From Bdellovibrionales bacterium (GTDB taxonomy: Bacteria > Bdellovibrionota > Bdellovibrionia > Bdellovibrionales > UBA1609): a stretch of 64,000 nt of DNA. Below the pieces are notes generated by a model that saw nothing but the letters and a program-made list of their open reading frames with translations, had not been told where the DNA came from and did not search any database. Below, one piece after another: positions 33,855 to 45,576 of the stretch (positions are counted from its first letter, which is position 1; the number at the start of each line of letters is the position of its first letter). The translations under genes and the position numbers were made by a program. The stretch spans positions 320,001 through 384,000 of the forward strand of contig CBDHDF010000010.1 in the NCBI GenBank assembly GCA_965261545.1, in the 5' to 3' direction.

Positions 33855-36780
33855 CAGCAATTCCCGTCGAAAAATAGTTTAGGCCACAGTAGTGGCTTCC
33901 AAAAGATTCGCCTCAAAAAGAGTTCGTAGACTTTTGCCTAAGTATCTGTTTGAATATTTGTTGTTGCACATCAGACCAAGGAGGGTTCGTCATGTCGCAT
34001 CAACATTTTAGAAAAGGTCTATCCGCTTCAGGAATGTATTCCCTGTTACACAGTAAATCTCTTGCAGTTCCAGATATAAGATCGCAGCGTCCCCATAGGA
34101 TTCCTCTGAGCGATGCCATTATGTCATCTGTGGCAATGTTTGCCTTGAAAGATCCATCCATGCTTCAGTTTTGTGATCGTGTCCATGACCCAGTGGCAAA
34201 AAACAACCTACACCATTTGTTTCAAATAGGCCAAATTCCTAGTGATACGGCTATGCGAGAGATTTTAGATCCTGTTCCAACCCGTGAGTTTCAAAATTTT
34301 TTTAAATCTTTGTTTACCGTAGCTCAAAGAGGGAAGGTTTTGGAGGGTTACCCATATTTGGGTGGAAAATATCTTCTCAGCATTGATGGAACAGGTGCCT
34401 TTAGCTCCTCGACTATTCATTGTGAGAATTGTTGTATAAAGAATCATCGTGATGAGACGAAGACCTACTATCATCAAATGTTAGCAGGAGTGATTGTTCA
34501 CCCCGATAAGAAACAGGTTATACCTATTGCTCCAGAGCCCATTTCAAACACAGATGGATCGAGCAAAAATGATTGTGAGCGTAATGCAGCCAAACGACTC
34601 CTTGAAGATTTTCGCAGGGAACACCCTCACCTTCCAGTGATTGTTATTGAGGATGGATTGGCTTCCAATGCTCCTCACATCACTCTTCTTAACGAATTAA
34701 AATTAAGTTATATTTTAGGCTGTAAGATGGGGGACCACAAAGTTTTATTTGAGTTTGTAAATGGAGCAGATAGCTTAGGAACAGTTTCTCACTTCACCGT
34801 GGTAGAGAATGGAGTGACACATGAATTTCGATTCATAAATGATGTTTCACTCAATGATTCAAATCCTGATTGTCGAGTGAATTTTATTGAATACAAAGAA
34901 ACGAAAGCAAACGGTAAGGTTCAGCACTTTAGCTGGGTGACTGACATTGAGATCAACGAAGACAACATAATGCAAATAATGAGGGGGGGAAGAGCACGCT
35001 GGAAGATAGAAAATGAAACATTTAATACGTTAAAGAATTTGGGTTACAACTTTGAGCACAATTTTGGCCACGGCAAGCAAAATTTGTCTAACAATTTAGC
35101 CGTGATTATGATGCTGGTATTTTTAGTGGACCAACTTCAACATTTGGCCTGTAAATTGTTTCAAAAGGCGGTAGAAAAAGAGAGGAGACTATCTTATCTA
35201 TGGGATCATATGAGGGGGTATTTCCATACCCTATACTTTAAAAATTGGCAGGAACTCCTCGCCATAATGGCTTATGGGATTAAGCCTATTGAGGTGGACC
35301 CCAATGTCAGACTGAAAAACTTGATTTTTAAGCTACACCACAGCGCACAAAGAAGCCCCGTGTTAATGTGTTAAATCCACCTCTCCCATATGCACCTGAT
35401 AAGGGGTGCAATCCTGAAGAGACTGGTGTGGCCTTTTATTATTATAAAAATTAAAATACGTTTTAAAACCTTTGTTGGCTTGAACCATTGATTTGTCTTG
35501 ATAGCCTTTCAAGTAAACCTCTTCGTACTTAACAGACCGCCAAAGCCGCTCGATCATGATGTTGTCTAAACACCTGCCTTTGCCGTCCATACTGATCGAG
35601 ATTCCATGATTTTTCAATAATTTTGTGAAAACCTCAGAAGTGAATTGGCACCCTTGATCAGTATTGACGATATCAGGGCAACCAAATGTTTCTATGGCTT
35701 CCTCAAAGACTTCTAAACAAAAAGTTGTCTCAAGGCTATTAGAAAGTCTCCAAGACAGAACAAATCGGCTAAACCAATCTATCACAGCTACCAAGTAAGC
35801 AAAGCCACCAGACAACCTTATAAAAGTAATATCAGTAGCCCACACTTGGTTGGGGAAGCAGATATTAAGCCCCTTAAGTAGGTAGGGATAAACCTTATGC
35901 TGATGGTTTCGCTGACTGGTGTTTGGACCTGGGAAGATAGCGAAAAGACACATCTTTTCCATGAGCCGCTGAATCCTCTTGCGGTTGACCCCATGGCCAT
36001 TAAGTCTTAAGTGAGCTGCCATTTTACGGCTCCCATAAAAAGGGGTCTCCAAGTACTGTTTGTCAATTAAACTCATCAGTTTTAAGTTGTAGGCACTCTC
36101 AGGTATGGGCTTGTAGTACAAGGCTCCCTTAGAGAGTCCTAGCAACTCACATTGGCGAGTGACACAAATATTTGGATGTTTCCAATTGATAGCGGCTTTT
36201 TTCTCAGGCATTGAAGCTCTCAGATTTTTTTTTTAACCAATCATTTTCAACCTTTAACTGCCCTATTTGCCGATACAATTCATCAATGGTTTTTCTTTGT
36301 TCTTCTACCTCGTTGTTGTCCTTTTTTTTGCTCGCTAAGGCCTTAGGAATGGCTTCAATAGCTTGCTTCTTCCAATCTTGGATTTGGATGCGGTGAACTC
36401 CATGCTTGGAGGCCAACTCTGCCATTGTGTCAGTCTCACGAATGGCGTCAAGTGCGACTCTGGCCTTAAATTGTGCGCTGTGTTTCTTTCTCATTATCCC
36501 CTCCTATGAGGGGCTTTTTACCCGCTGCGGTGTAACTTAGCAACCAGTCTGTTTTTGGGGTCCACTATATATTGCTGCCTCAGATGTTTTCGACACATCA
36601 TGAGCAGCCATTTTTCTCAAAGTGCCCCAAAGAGTTTAACGTATTTGCCCTAAACTAAAGTCTGGACATTCGCCTCTAAATGGCGAAGACGGGGAGGTTT
36701 ACCTTATTCGATGCAGTGCAATTCTCACACTGAGATTTGGAGGAATTTCAATGTTTTTTCAAGCTCGGCGGGAATTTCTG
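33855..36780 (+). mobile_element. 1643-bp DDE IS copy 2 carrying a nested IS3; TSD gtgtttgga
   Basis: Same IRs and transposase (ORF from 33950) as copy 1; TSD 33846-33854 and 36781-36789. Confidence 0.92.
35290..36569 (-). mobile_element. IS3-family element, orfA 36204-36494 and orfB 35363-36211, 3-bp TSD tat
   Basis: IR core gtggaccccaa; WATDIT, NTDQGCQF, IERLWRSVKYE; A10 run at the orfA end (36225-36234) fits -1 frameshifting. Confidence 0.93.
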
Positions 36781-36892
36781 GTGTTTGGACTTGTGATTAG
36801 AAATGAACGCTGCTAACTTATCTAGTGAGGTTATCATGATCGATCTATGGCCTCTTGGGAAGGGGGATGCCCCCTTGGGTTACACTAGGGCT

Positions 36893-38309
36893 CAATGCCG
36901 TTTCCTTAAGCCACCACACCCCTCTGCCTCTGCGTTAAGCTATTTCTTTTAAAAGAACTCCCAGCCCTTTTGATAGACCTTTCATAGCTTCTTTTGAAGT
37001 GCCTCCTCTTCTCCATTGAAATCTTCATCAGCAACTTTATCTGCTTCCTAAATTTCTGATAGAGCCCCGCAACAAAAAGAGGGATGCTATCCATTATGAA
37101 ATCAAGAATCAGTTTAAAGTTAGGTTTTTTGTAGTCATTTTTTACCAACTGATTCACACTGTCTTCATCCTCATTTATGCTCATTTGAATCTTTGTATAA
37201 TTGAAGAGCCAAAAATAAGAATACAGCTCTTGCAATATTCCATTAAGGCTTGTTGAGTGCCACTGCTCCATTTTCATTGTCGATGTAAAATCACGAAATG
37301 TCGTTTCTATTTCCCAACGACGAGAGTAAAGAGCAACCATATCCTTCTTGTCCAAGGAGCCATGCGGAAGATTAGTGGCCAAAACAGAGAACTCCCCAGT
37401 CTTTGGGTTTTTATACTTATAGAGATGAATGACCACCCCCTCAATAACCATTCGTGAATACCAACCTGGGCCATTAAATAAATTTACAATGGGGATAAAA
37501 GTAGAGCCTCGCTTACAACGCGCAATAAAGAAGTTACTGGCTTGAGCATGGGCCTTAATAATCTCTGTAGATAAATAAAGCCTATCGTAGAGAGTTATGC
37601 TATTACTCTCAAAACTACCTATCATTTGAATAGCATTGGCGATTTCGTTCAGAGCGGGAGAATAGCAAAGATTCTTTGTCACACCCGATAAAACGTCATA
37701 AGCATGAGATAGATACATACGTAAGAAATGAGTTTCCATCTCATTTGGGCAAGGGTACCCACAATAACCCTCCTTTAAAAGATCTTTAGAGCGAGGAAGT
37801 GCTAATTGGTCGCCATCTATGGCATAGATATAAAAACCATGAAACGTTTTTCTCAATGGTTCGTAGTCTGTAATCAAAGATTCAAAGATATCTTTGAAAA
37901 ATAGGTAAGAAATACTTTGACGTATCTTGCTGAGACTGCTTTTGACTGGCATGAGAAGCAGGTCACCAAAATGAGTCCATACCGTCTTAAGAGCGATTTG
38001 GTAGCCTTCGTAATTTGTTCCGGAAATAAGATAGATAATGGTAAAAAAGAAAATTTGAGGATTAAATTTTCGATTCCTTTTTTGTTTTTCTGGATCGACA
38101 AGGTGCTCTGACTTGAAGGAAGAATCAAGTTTTGGTAGAATAAAATGGTCATCTGTGACGCGAACTCGTCATTTGGGGGCTTTCGAGATCAATATTGGAT
38201 TGCATGTGACTTACTCCTTGGTTGAGGGTTGGGTGTAAAATAAAACAAGTCTTATTCTTGTCGATTTATCTAATAATTTCAAGAGATTTTTCTTAAGGAA
38301 ACGGCATTG
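36893..38309 (-). mobile_element. IS4-family element, 10-bp TSD cactagggct; transposase main frame ends at 36906, RBS-bearing ATG at 38205 is out of frame
   Basis: Perfect 18-bp IR caatgccgtttccttaag; AIDG, YDRLY, YSRRWEIETTFRDF motifs. Confidence 0.9.
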
Positions 38310-38560
38310 CACTAGGGCTATTTAAATTGGAGAAGTGATCTCGTTAACATTAACATTTGAATCCCCTGTGTGTGGCTGAGCCACAAAGGCAGACACGCCC
38401 GTTAAGGCGATGTCGCGGACGGTATACAGACCCCGCGGAGTTCATCAAATCGCGACGCTACTGTCGTTACACTTATCGCGACCGTACTATGACGCCCGTC
38501 GATTGAATTGTGGACGTAATGGCGATTGATTACTTCCACTTTAGTTCGCGCCATCGATCG

Positions 38561-39346
38561 TCAAGTGAACATAATTCGGTAGTGAGACCCGTGTTCGACG
38601 CTCGCAATGTACCCGGTCTTGCAACTTATTACCGGCCATTCAGGGAAATCCCCGATCATCATCCCCTTCTTGATCACGACCGGCCCTGCGGTCGGGCCCT
38701 TTACGGCCGCCATCTCAATCATCGGCACCGCCTTTACGGCAGCCACCAGTTGACCGCAACTCACTATCGGAGCATCCGCACGCCCGGGAGCTGCAGCGTC
38801 GGCAGGACTCGTCGAAAGTAGTATCCGCGCTTGCGGCGGACGGAACGGTCTGACGTAAGACCCATCCACAAATGCGACCGACAAATCACCCTGAAACTCT
38901 CCCGTTGTCCCTGTGGGACGAATATTCTTGACCTGCACAGACTGAACTGTAAGCCTGTTGTACACAGCGGTGCCCGCTGCAGCAATGATGTTATGGGATC
39001 CTGTAAAATCACAACCTGTGCGTATGCTCCCGAGGTTGATGTCACTGGGCGTCTCATCAGGTCTCGTGTCGATGGTAAATGGACCTATGGTCTGCTTGAG
39101 ACCATCTTCTGGACTCGAATTTATGCTATCCTTAAAGTGGCAGTTACAGGTCTCAGTATTTTTTAGGGCTTGGAGGATTAAGTAGTGGTTACTTGCGGCT
39201 GCGAGCTGTTCTTTGATGGATGTGAGTTCCGTATGTTGAAAAGAAAACATTTGAATGAGAGTTGTCAGCAGCATCCCAGTAATGACAGTTGCTACCAGAG
39301 TGGCAGCCAGAGAAAAACCTCTATTATTAATATTAATTAGATTCAC
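38561..39346 (-). CDS. Prepilin-type N-terminal cleavage/methylation domain protein; frame continues past the TGA to 38402
   Basis: NNRG|FSLAATLVATVITGMLL class III-like signal (Glu5 absent), gaggtg RBS, several Cys. Confidence 0.75.
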   Translation of the reverse strand: MNLININNRGFSLAATLVATVITGMLLTTLIQMFSFQHTELTSIKEQLAAASNHYLILQALKNTETCNCHFKDSINSSPEDGLKQTIGPFTIDTRPDETPSDINLGSIRTGCDFTGSHNIIAAAGTAVYNRLTVQSVQVKNIRPTGTTGEFQGDLSVAFVDGSYVRPFRPPQARILLSTSPADAAAPGRADAPIVSCGQLVAAVKAVPMIEMAAVKGPTAGPVVIKKGMMIGDFPEWPVISCKTGYIASVEHGSHYRIMFT

Positions 39347-39390
39347 TTAACACCTCTCAACCAAAAAAATATACCATACTAATAGAATAA

Positions 39391-41033
39391 CAGAAATTCC
39401 CGCCGAGCTTGAAAAAACATTGAAATTCCTCCAAATCTCAGTGTGAGAATTGCACTGCATCGAATAAGGTAAACCTCCCCGTCTTCGCCATTTAGAGGCG
39501 AATGTCCAGACTTTAGTTTAGGGCAAATACGTTAAACTCTTTGGGGCACTTTGAGAAAAATGGCTGCTCATGATGTGTCGAAAACATCTGAGGCAGCAAT
39601 AGGCTTAATCCCATAAGCCATTATGGCGAGGAGTTCCTGCCAATTTTTAAAGTATAGGGTATGGAAATACCCCCTCATATGATCCCATAGATAAGATAGT
39701 CTCCTCTCTTTTTCTACCGCCTTTTGAAACAATTTACAGGCCAAATGTTGAAGTTGGTCCACTAAAAATACCAGCATCATAATCACGGCTAAATTGTTAC
39801 ACAAATTTTGCTTGCCGTGGCCAAAATTGTGCTCAAAGTTGTAACCCAAATTCTTTAACGTATTAAATGTTTCATTTTCTATCTTCCAGCGTGCTCTTCC
39901 CCCCCTCATTATTTGCATTATGTTGTCTTCGTTGATCTCAATGTCAGTCACCCAGCTAAAGTGCTGAACCTTACCGTTTGCTTTCGTTTCTTTGTATTCA
40001 ATAAAATTCACTCGACAATCAGGATTTGAATCATTGAGTGAAACATCATTTATGAATCGAAATTCATGTGTCACTCCATTCTCTACCACGGTGAAGTGAG
40101 AAACTGTTCCTAAGCTATCTGCTCCATTTACAAACTCAAATAAAACTTTGTGGTCCCCCATCTTACAGCCTAAAATATAACTTAGTTTTAATTCGTTAAG
40201 AAGAGTGATGTGAGGAGCATTGGAAGCCAATCCATCCTCAATAACAATCACTGGAAGGTGAGGGTGTTCCCTGCGAAAATCTTCAAGGAGTCGTTTGGCT
40301 GCATTACGCTCACAATCATTTTTGCTCGATCCATCTGTGTTTGAAATGGGCTCTGGAGCAATAGGTATAACCTGTTTCTTATCGGGGTGAACAATCACTC
40401 CTGCTAACATTTGATGATAGTAGGTCTTCGTCTCATCACGATGATTCTTTATACAACAATTCTCACAATGAATAGTCGAGGAGCTAAAGGCACCTGTTCC
40501 ATCAATGCTGAGAAGATATTTTCCACCCAAATATGGGTAACCCTCCAAAACCTTCCCTCTTTGAGCTACGGTAAACAAAGATTTAAAAAAATTTTGAAAC
40601 TCACGGGTTGGAACAGGATCTAAAATCTCTCGCATAGCCGTATCACTAGGAATTTGGCCTATTTGAAACAAATGGTGTAGGTTGTTTTTTGCCACTGGGT
40701 CATGGACACGATCACAAAACTGAAGCATGGATGGATCTTTCAAGGCAAACATTGCCACAGATGACATAATGGCATCGCTCAGAGGAATCCTATGGGGACG
40801 CTGCGATCTTATATCTGGAACTGCAAGAGATTTACTGTGTAACAGGGAATACATTCCTGAAGCGGATAGACCTTTTCTAAAATGTTGATGCGACATGACG
40901 AACCCTCCTTGGTCTGATGTGCAACAACAAATATTCAAACAGATACTTAGGCAAAAGTCTACGAACTCTTTTTGAGGCGAATCTTTTGGAAGCCACTACT
41001 GTGGCCTAAACTATTTTTCGACGGGAATTGCTG
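39391..41033 (-). mobile_element. 1643-bp DDE IS copy 3, TSD atagaataa; transposase ORF 39568-40938
   Basis: Same IRs and protein as copies 1 and 2; sits 45 bp upstream of the prepilin gene. Confidence 0.92.
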
Positions 41034-41357
41034 ATAGAATAACACTATCGTCATTGAAAGAACAAGATTTACAAAAAAAAATCCATAGGTGTTTCTGATT
41101 GATACACAATTTTTTTATGAATCTATGATTTATGAGTTGATTTATGATTGCCTCGTGATTGCATTTGGTAAAAACGAGCAGCGTACTCTCCACTAAGGGC
41201 CATAAGCTCTTCGTGTTGCCCTTGTGTTCTCAAAGATGGCGCACATCTTTGAGAACAAGAATAGGAGCGTCCTTATAAGTGGATTTGCCACTGCCGCTGG
41301 ATCCAATAATGGCCAACATTTCCCCACGGCGAATGGAGAAATTGAGACCGCTGAGAA

Positions 41358-44300
41358 CCCGAGTTTGACAGCAGCATCTGCGTCAAACGAATGATATTAA
41401 AGGATTAACGCATATAGTTGTATTTTGTTTATCCACACTTGTGGGCATTAAGGATTCTGGGAGGGATGGGGACGCCTGCGGCTTTAAATAAGGAGTTGGC
41501 ATTGCCAGTGATATCTGTGCGGGTCCAAATGACTTGATCACGAATTTTAACAGGGATAGCCCTAACTTCCTTGAGTTCCCTCATGGCCTCTACAACAGTT
41601 AAAGGTCGCTCTTTAACATGACCAATGCCTATGGCTGGGCTTTTTAGGTTCATCTTCTTATCTCTTAAACATTTTGTAAGGTGGGCCTCACAAAGATAAG
41701 TTAAAAAGCATAGAGTTAAATGTCCAATAATCCTCTGGTCTGTCCAATGGAAAACAGGACGTGTTTTCAAAGTCCCTTTTAACTCACCAAAAGCATCTTC
41801 AATTTTCCACAATTCTTTGTAGTTGATAATAATCTCATCTGCCGTCAAGTCTTTGACATTTGTAAGGACGGCAAAAAAACCATCAATTTTTTCATCTAAT
41901 TCTATTTGTTCTGCATTTAATTCAGGTTTTTTATTTTTGTCGTCAGCCATCTTTACATATTTCTTATAACCTTTATTGGAAACAAAAGTACTAGACTGAA
42001 CACCTTTAGAAGATAGTTTTCCTTCGATCTTTTCAAGAAGGGATTCTCTAGATTTTTTATCCCTCTCTGCTCTTTTCCTAGACCAAGTCACAATACATCT
42101 ATGCCCCCCATGGTCTGTTTCGTAAACAGCAAGCTCATTCTCATATACCCAGCTAAAACGATTTAAATCATAGACCTCTTGTTTCTTTTCTTTTTTTAAA
42201 GATCCAAGCTTCATACCAACAATAAACTCGCTTTGATCCTCACTGAGTTTGTCAGTATTAGCCTTTGATAAAAGCCCCCTATCAGCCACAAAAATGAAAC
42301 GGCGTACATTAAACTTTTTTCTCATTTTATCAACAATATCTGAAAGCGTCTTGCCTTCAAAAGTATTACCAGGGAAAACCTCAAAACCTAAAGGGATGCC
42401 ATCCCGATTCACCAACAAACCAAAGACAACTTGGGTGCAGTCTGATCGTCTCTCTTTACTATAGCCAAATTGACGAAGTTTCCCTAAGTCTGTTCTTGTA
42501 CTCTCGAAGCGTAAGGTTGTTAAATCATACAACACAATGTCTACTTGGAAATTAAATAAATCTCGCCCCACCCAATAAAGCGAGTTCTCTATTTCATCCT
42601 TATGGGAGGCAAGTAAGTCCATAGACCGATAAATATGCTGGAGACTCAAATCACCCTTAATCATGTCTGGGTAAAAAGATTTTTGCCAATACTCAAAAAC
42701 CTTTAACTTGGAACTAGGAGCAATAAATCGGATGGCAACTAAGGTAAAAATCACCTTACATAAATCAAATTGAACTTTCTCATGAGAATCTTTTATGTCT
42801 TTGAGGGTCTTATTGATACCCAGTTGATCAAACAACTTTTGTAAAATCAGCAAGGGACCCAAAATGAAAGTCTCTTCGATGTAAAGCTCCTTAGCCAATT
42901 GACTCACAGTGAGAAGCTCTCGGTGGCGGGATACGGCCTGCGCCAAACTATTAATCTTATCCTCTCCTCCTTCTCCAGCCTTACCTAAGGACATGAGCAT
43001 GCGTTTTTTGGATTTGCCTTTTTCTCTGTAGGACTCCACAAGGTGGTAGTAGCACCCTGAAATCCCTAAAAGTTGTAACTAGGTTTAATGTATTGCGTTA
43101 ACTTTCCTCTCTTCCTATGGAATTGGCTGCTGTCAACGGTTTGAGAGGTTTAATAGTATTAATATATTTAATATGATTCATAAGAATTTGCTGCGAAAGG
43201 TCCTCTTCGTCCCCATTGGATAGATGAGGCATAGTGGTAGCCACAGCCACCGTCACATTTGAAACAGATAAAAAACATCATTTTGTCTTGGGAAGCCCAT
43301 CTATTTGGAAGGCTGAAAAAATATCCTTTTGTTTTTTAGACAGCTCTCCAAGCATCAGATCACCTGTAGCTAATTCATAAAATTTTAATCGGTCCATCAT
43401 TTTGTAAATTTCTATTTTAGACATTTTTTTATATAACTTCTTATCTTTCATAACAGTATCAATATGTGAAATTAAAATTAAAGAGAGAAAATTAATAAAG
43501 ATGCTTCCCCTCATATTCATGAGAGAATGAACTCGACTTCTCCTTCCATTAATATCATGCTTGAATGAGAAAAATACTTTCTCAATGATATCTTTGTTTC
43601 GATATAAACTCAATATATTTGTTTTCTTTAAATCATGACTATTTGTAATTAATATCATAATACCCAGCGTAGAAGATTCTTCATTAATATTTTCTTCATT
43701 TAAAGAAATCTTAAATGGAGTGCAATCAGAGATATTGAGAAACCTTTTTTTATTTCCTAAAGTTTCTTTCATATAGGAACTAGCTTGTTCTTCTGATTTC
43801 AAATCTTTCTCAAGAAAGAGTTTCATAAAATCAAGCAACTCTTTCATTAACACAGATTCCTCATAAACCCTTCTTTCTTTGTCTAAGAAAATATGAGCCG
43901 TACAATCAAATCCTCCGATTTTTATTGATTCTTTGCAATGCGAATAAATTTCCTCATTAAAAGTAAAAGAGCATGATGGAGATTTTATTTTCTCATTTAA
44001 AGCCACAGCAAGCTCTCTTGAGAGTTTTGTTCTAAAACTCATGGGTATCAAATACTTCAATTCCTTACGATGCAGTCCCTTAATATTTTCTACACTAGAA
44101 AAACCCTTATCCATAACTAAACAATCTAAATCTAATTTATAACTTGTTATGATCTCAATAATATTCGATAAAGTTTTGACATCCGGTATACTTCCAGGAT
44201 AGATTCTGTACGCTATAGGCGTATGAGTTTTATTGTCTTCAGATTTCCTACTTATCAGACCTAAGTTTATTTGTTCGAGATTCTCTCCATCTCTGTTGTA

Positions 44301-45175
44301 ACCTTTCTCTAAAAATTCATTATTCATAGAGTAGGAAGAAAAGGATGTGATGTCAAACATTACCGTACCAGAACCCTTCACTTGATTTATCCATTCGCTA
44401 AAGAAAGATTCTATCTTTTTTTGATCTCTCCCAAGATCACATAAGAGATTGCTTATTTTTTGTGACGACATAAAATTTTTCTTTGAAACATAAGCTTCTT
44501 GACACCACATATCGTAAAGATAAAAGGGCTCTCTTTTGATTATTTTAAAAAAAGCTAAATGCAAATAATGTTCGTAATTATCTGGATAAATTTTAGACAA
44601 TGTTTTTAGAAGATTTAGTTGTTCGCATATTTTCTCTAAGAAAAATAAGGCTCCCACATTATAGGAGCCTATGGGAATCTTTTTTCTTTTGGTCTTAATT
44701 TGACCTGTAAACTCATCCTTTCTTCCAAGGTAGATGCGTTTTTGCCTGGCCTGCTTTTTTTCCTTGTCCCAAAAGCTTTCAACTTTATAGACATAGGTTT
44801 TTCCCTTATTTTTTTGCTCAAAAGTGTATGACATCGTTAATATTGTAACTATGCTTTTGAAGAGATGACAATCTCTTAATCAAAGTGAAGGCCTTCTCAG
44901 ACAATAATCAGGACTTAAGTCCTACACCTAGTTACAACTTTTAGGGATTTCAGGTAGCACTGACCTTTTGAGTTTTTAGTCGTTTGGATGTACATGAGGA
45001 TATTTTCTACATATTTCTATGATATATCAATATTTAAAACGATAAAATCCTATTTTGTTTTCTACACTTTTTTTACGTCAATTTTAATTTTTCCAGCAGC
45101 TACCATTATATTTCAGTACAACCCCAATTTCTGGAAATTTCGCATTTTAACGCAGATGCTGCTGTCAAACTCGGG
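41358..45175 (-). mobile_element. IS1634-family element C copy 2, 291-bp direct repeats; transposase split (44995-44955 + 43049-41429)
   Basis: 41067-41357 repeated at 45176-45466; 1913 bp once nested IS removed. Confidence 0.92.
43056..44954 (-). mobile_element. IS1634-like element B intact copy, TSD tagcac; transposase 43278-44834 (518 aa)
   Basis: IR cctgaaatccctaaaagttgtaactaggt; FDITS, GYNRD, MDKGF, YRNKDIIEKVF. Confidence 0.92.
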
Positions 45176-45195
45176 ATTTACAAAAAAAAATCCAT

Positions 45196-45489
45196 AGGTG
45201 TTTCTGATTGATACACAATTTTTTTATGAATCTATGATTTATGAGTTGATTTATGATTGCCTCGTGATTGCATTTGGTAAAAACGAGCAGCGTACTCTCC
45301 ACTAAGGGCCATAAGCTCTTCGTGTTGCCCTTGTGTTCTCAAAGATGGCGCACATCTTTGAGAACAAGAATAGGAGCGTCCTTATAAGTGGATTTGCCAC
45401 TGCCGCTGGATCCAATAATGGCCAACATTTCCCCACGGCGAATGGAGAAATTGAGACCGCTGAGAACTTCCCTTCCAAATATTTTTCAT
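45196..45489 (-). pseudogene. Internally deleted mini-copy of the ABC exporter gene
   Basis: Four collinear pieces matching 22399-22413, 21271-21361, 20912-20932 and 20620-20775. Confidence 0.85.
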
Positions 45490-45576
45490 AGCTCTTACAA
45501 ACAGCGGTTTGTTCCATCACACAAGCCGACCTTGAAGACCAAGGAAAGCCAGTTTTGCAGTTGACCTCCCAAGGGT

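Larger units (their letters stand above)
30954..36837 (-). pseudogene. Reverse transcriptase (286 aa when rejoined: 36837-36781 + 33845-33367 + 31278-30954), interrupted by two IS
   Basis: FKTDVKSYFASVD, QGSSMS..YAWLYL..LD, RYVDDIII, KT...YLGY motifs; pieces sum to 861 nt in one frame after removing the IS and one TSD copy each. Confidence 0.88.

Noticed and set aside
30700..36900. Group II intron or retron
   Set aside because: No domain V/VI-like sequence after the RT, no maturase domain, no NAxxH or VTG motifs
30954..39346. Complete diversity-generating retroelement
   Set aside because: No template repeat or avd-like gene found by eye in the window, and the RT lacks the GxxxSQ motif; kept only as a hypothesis
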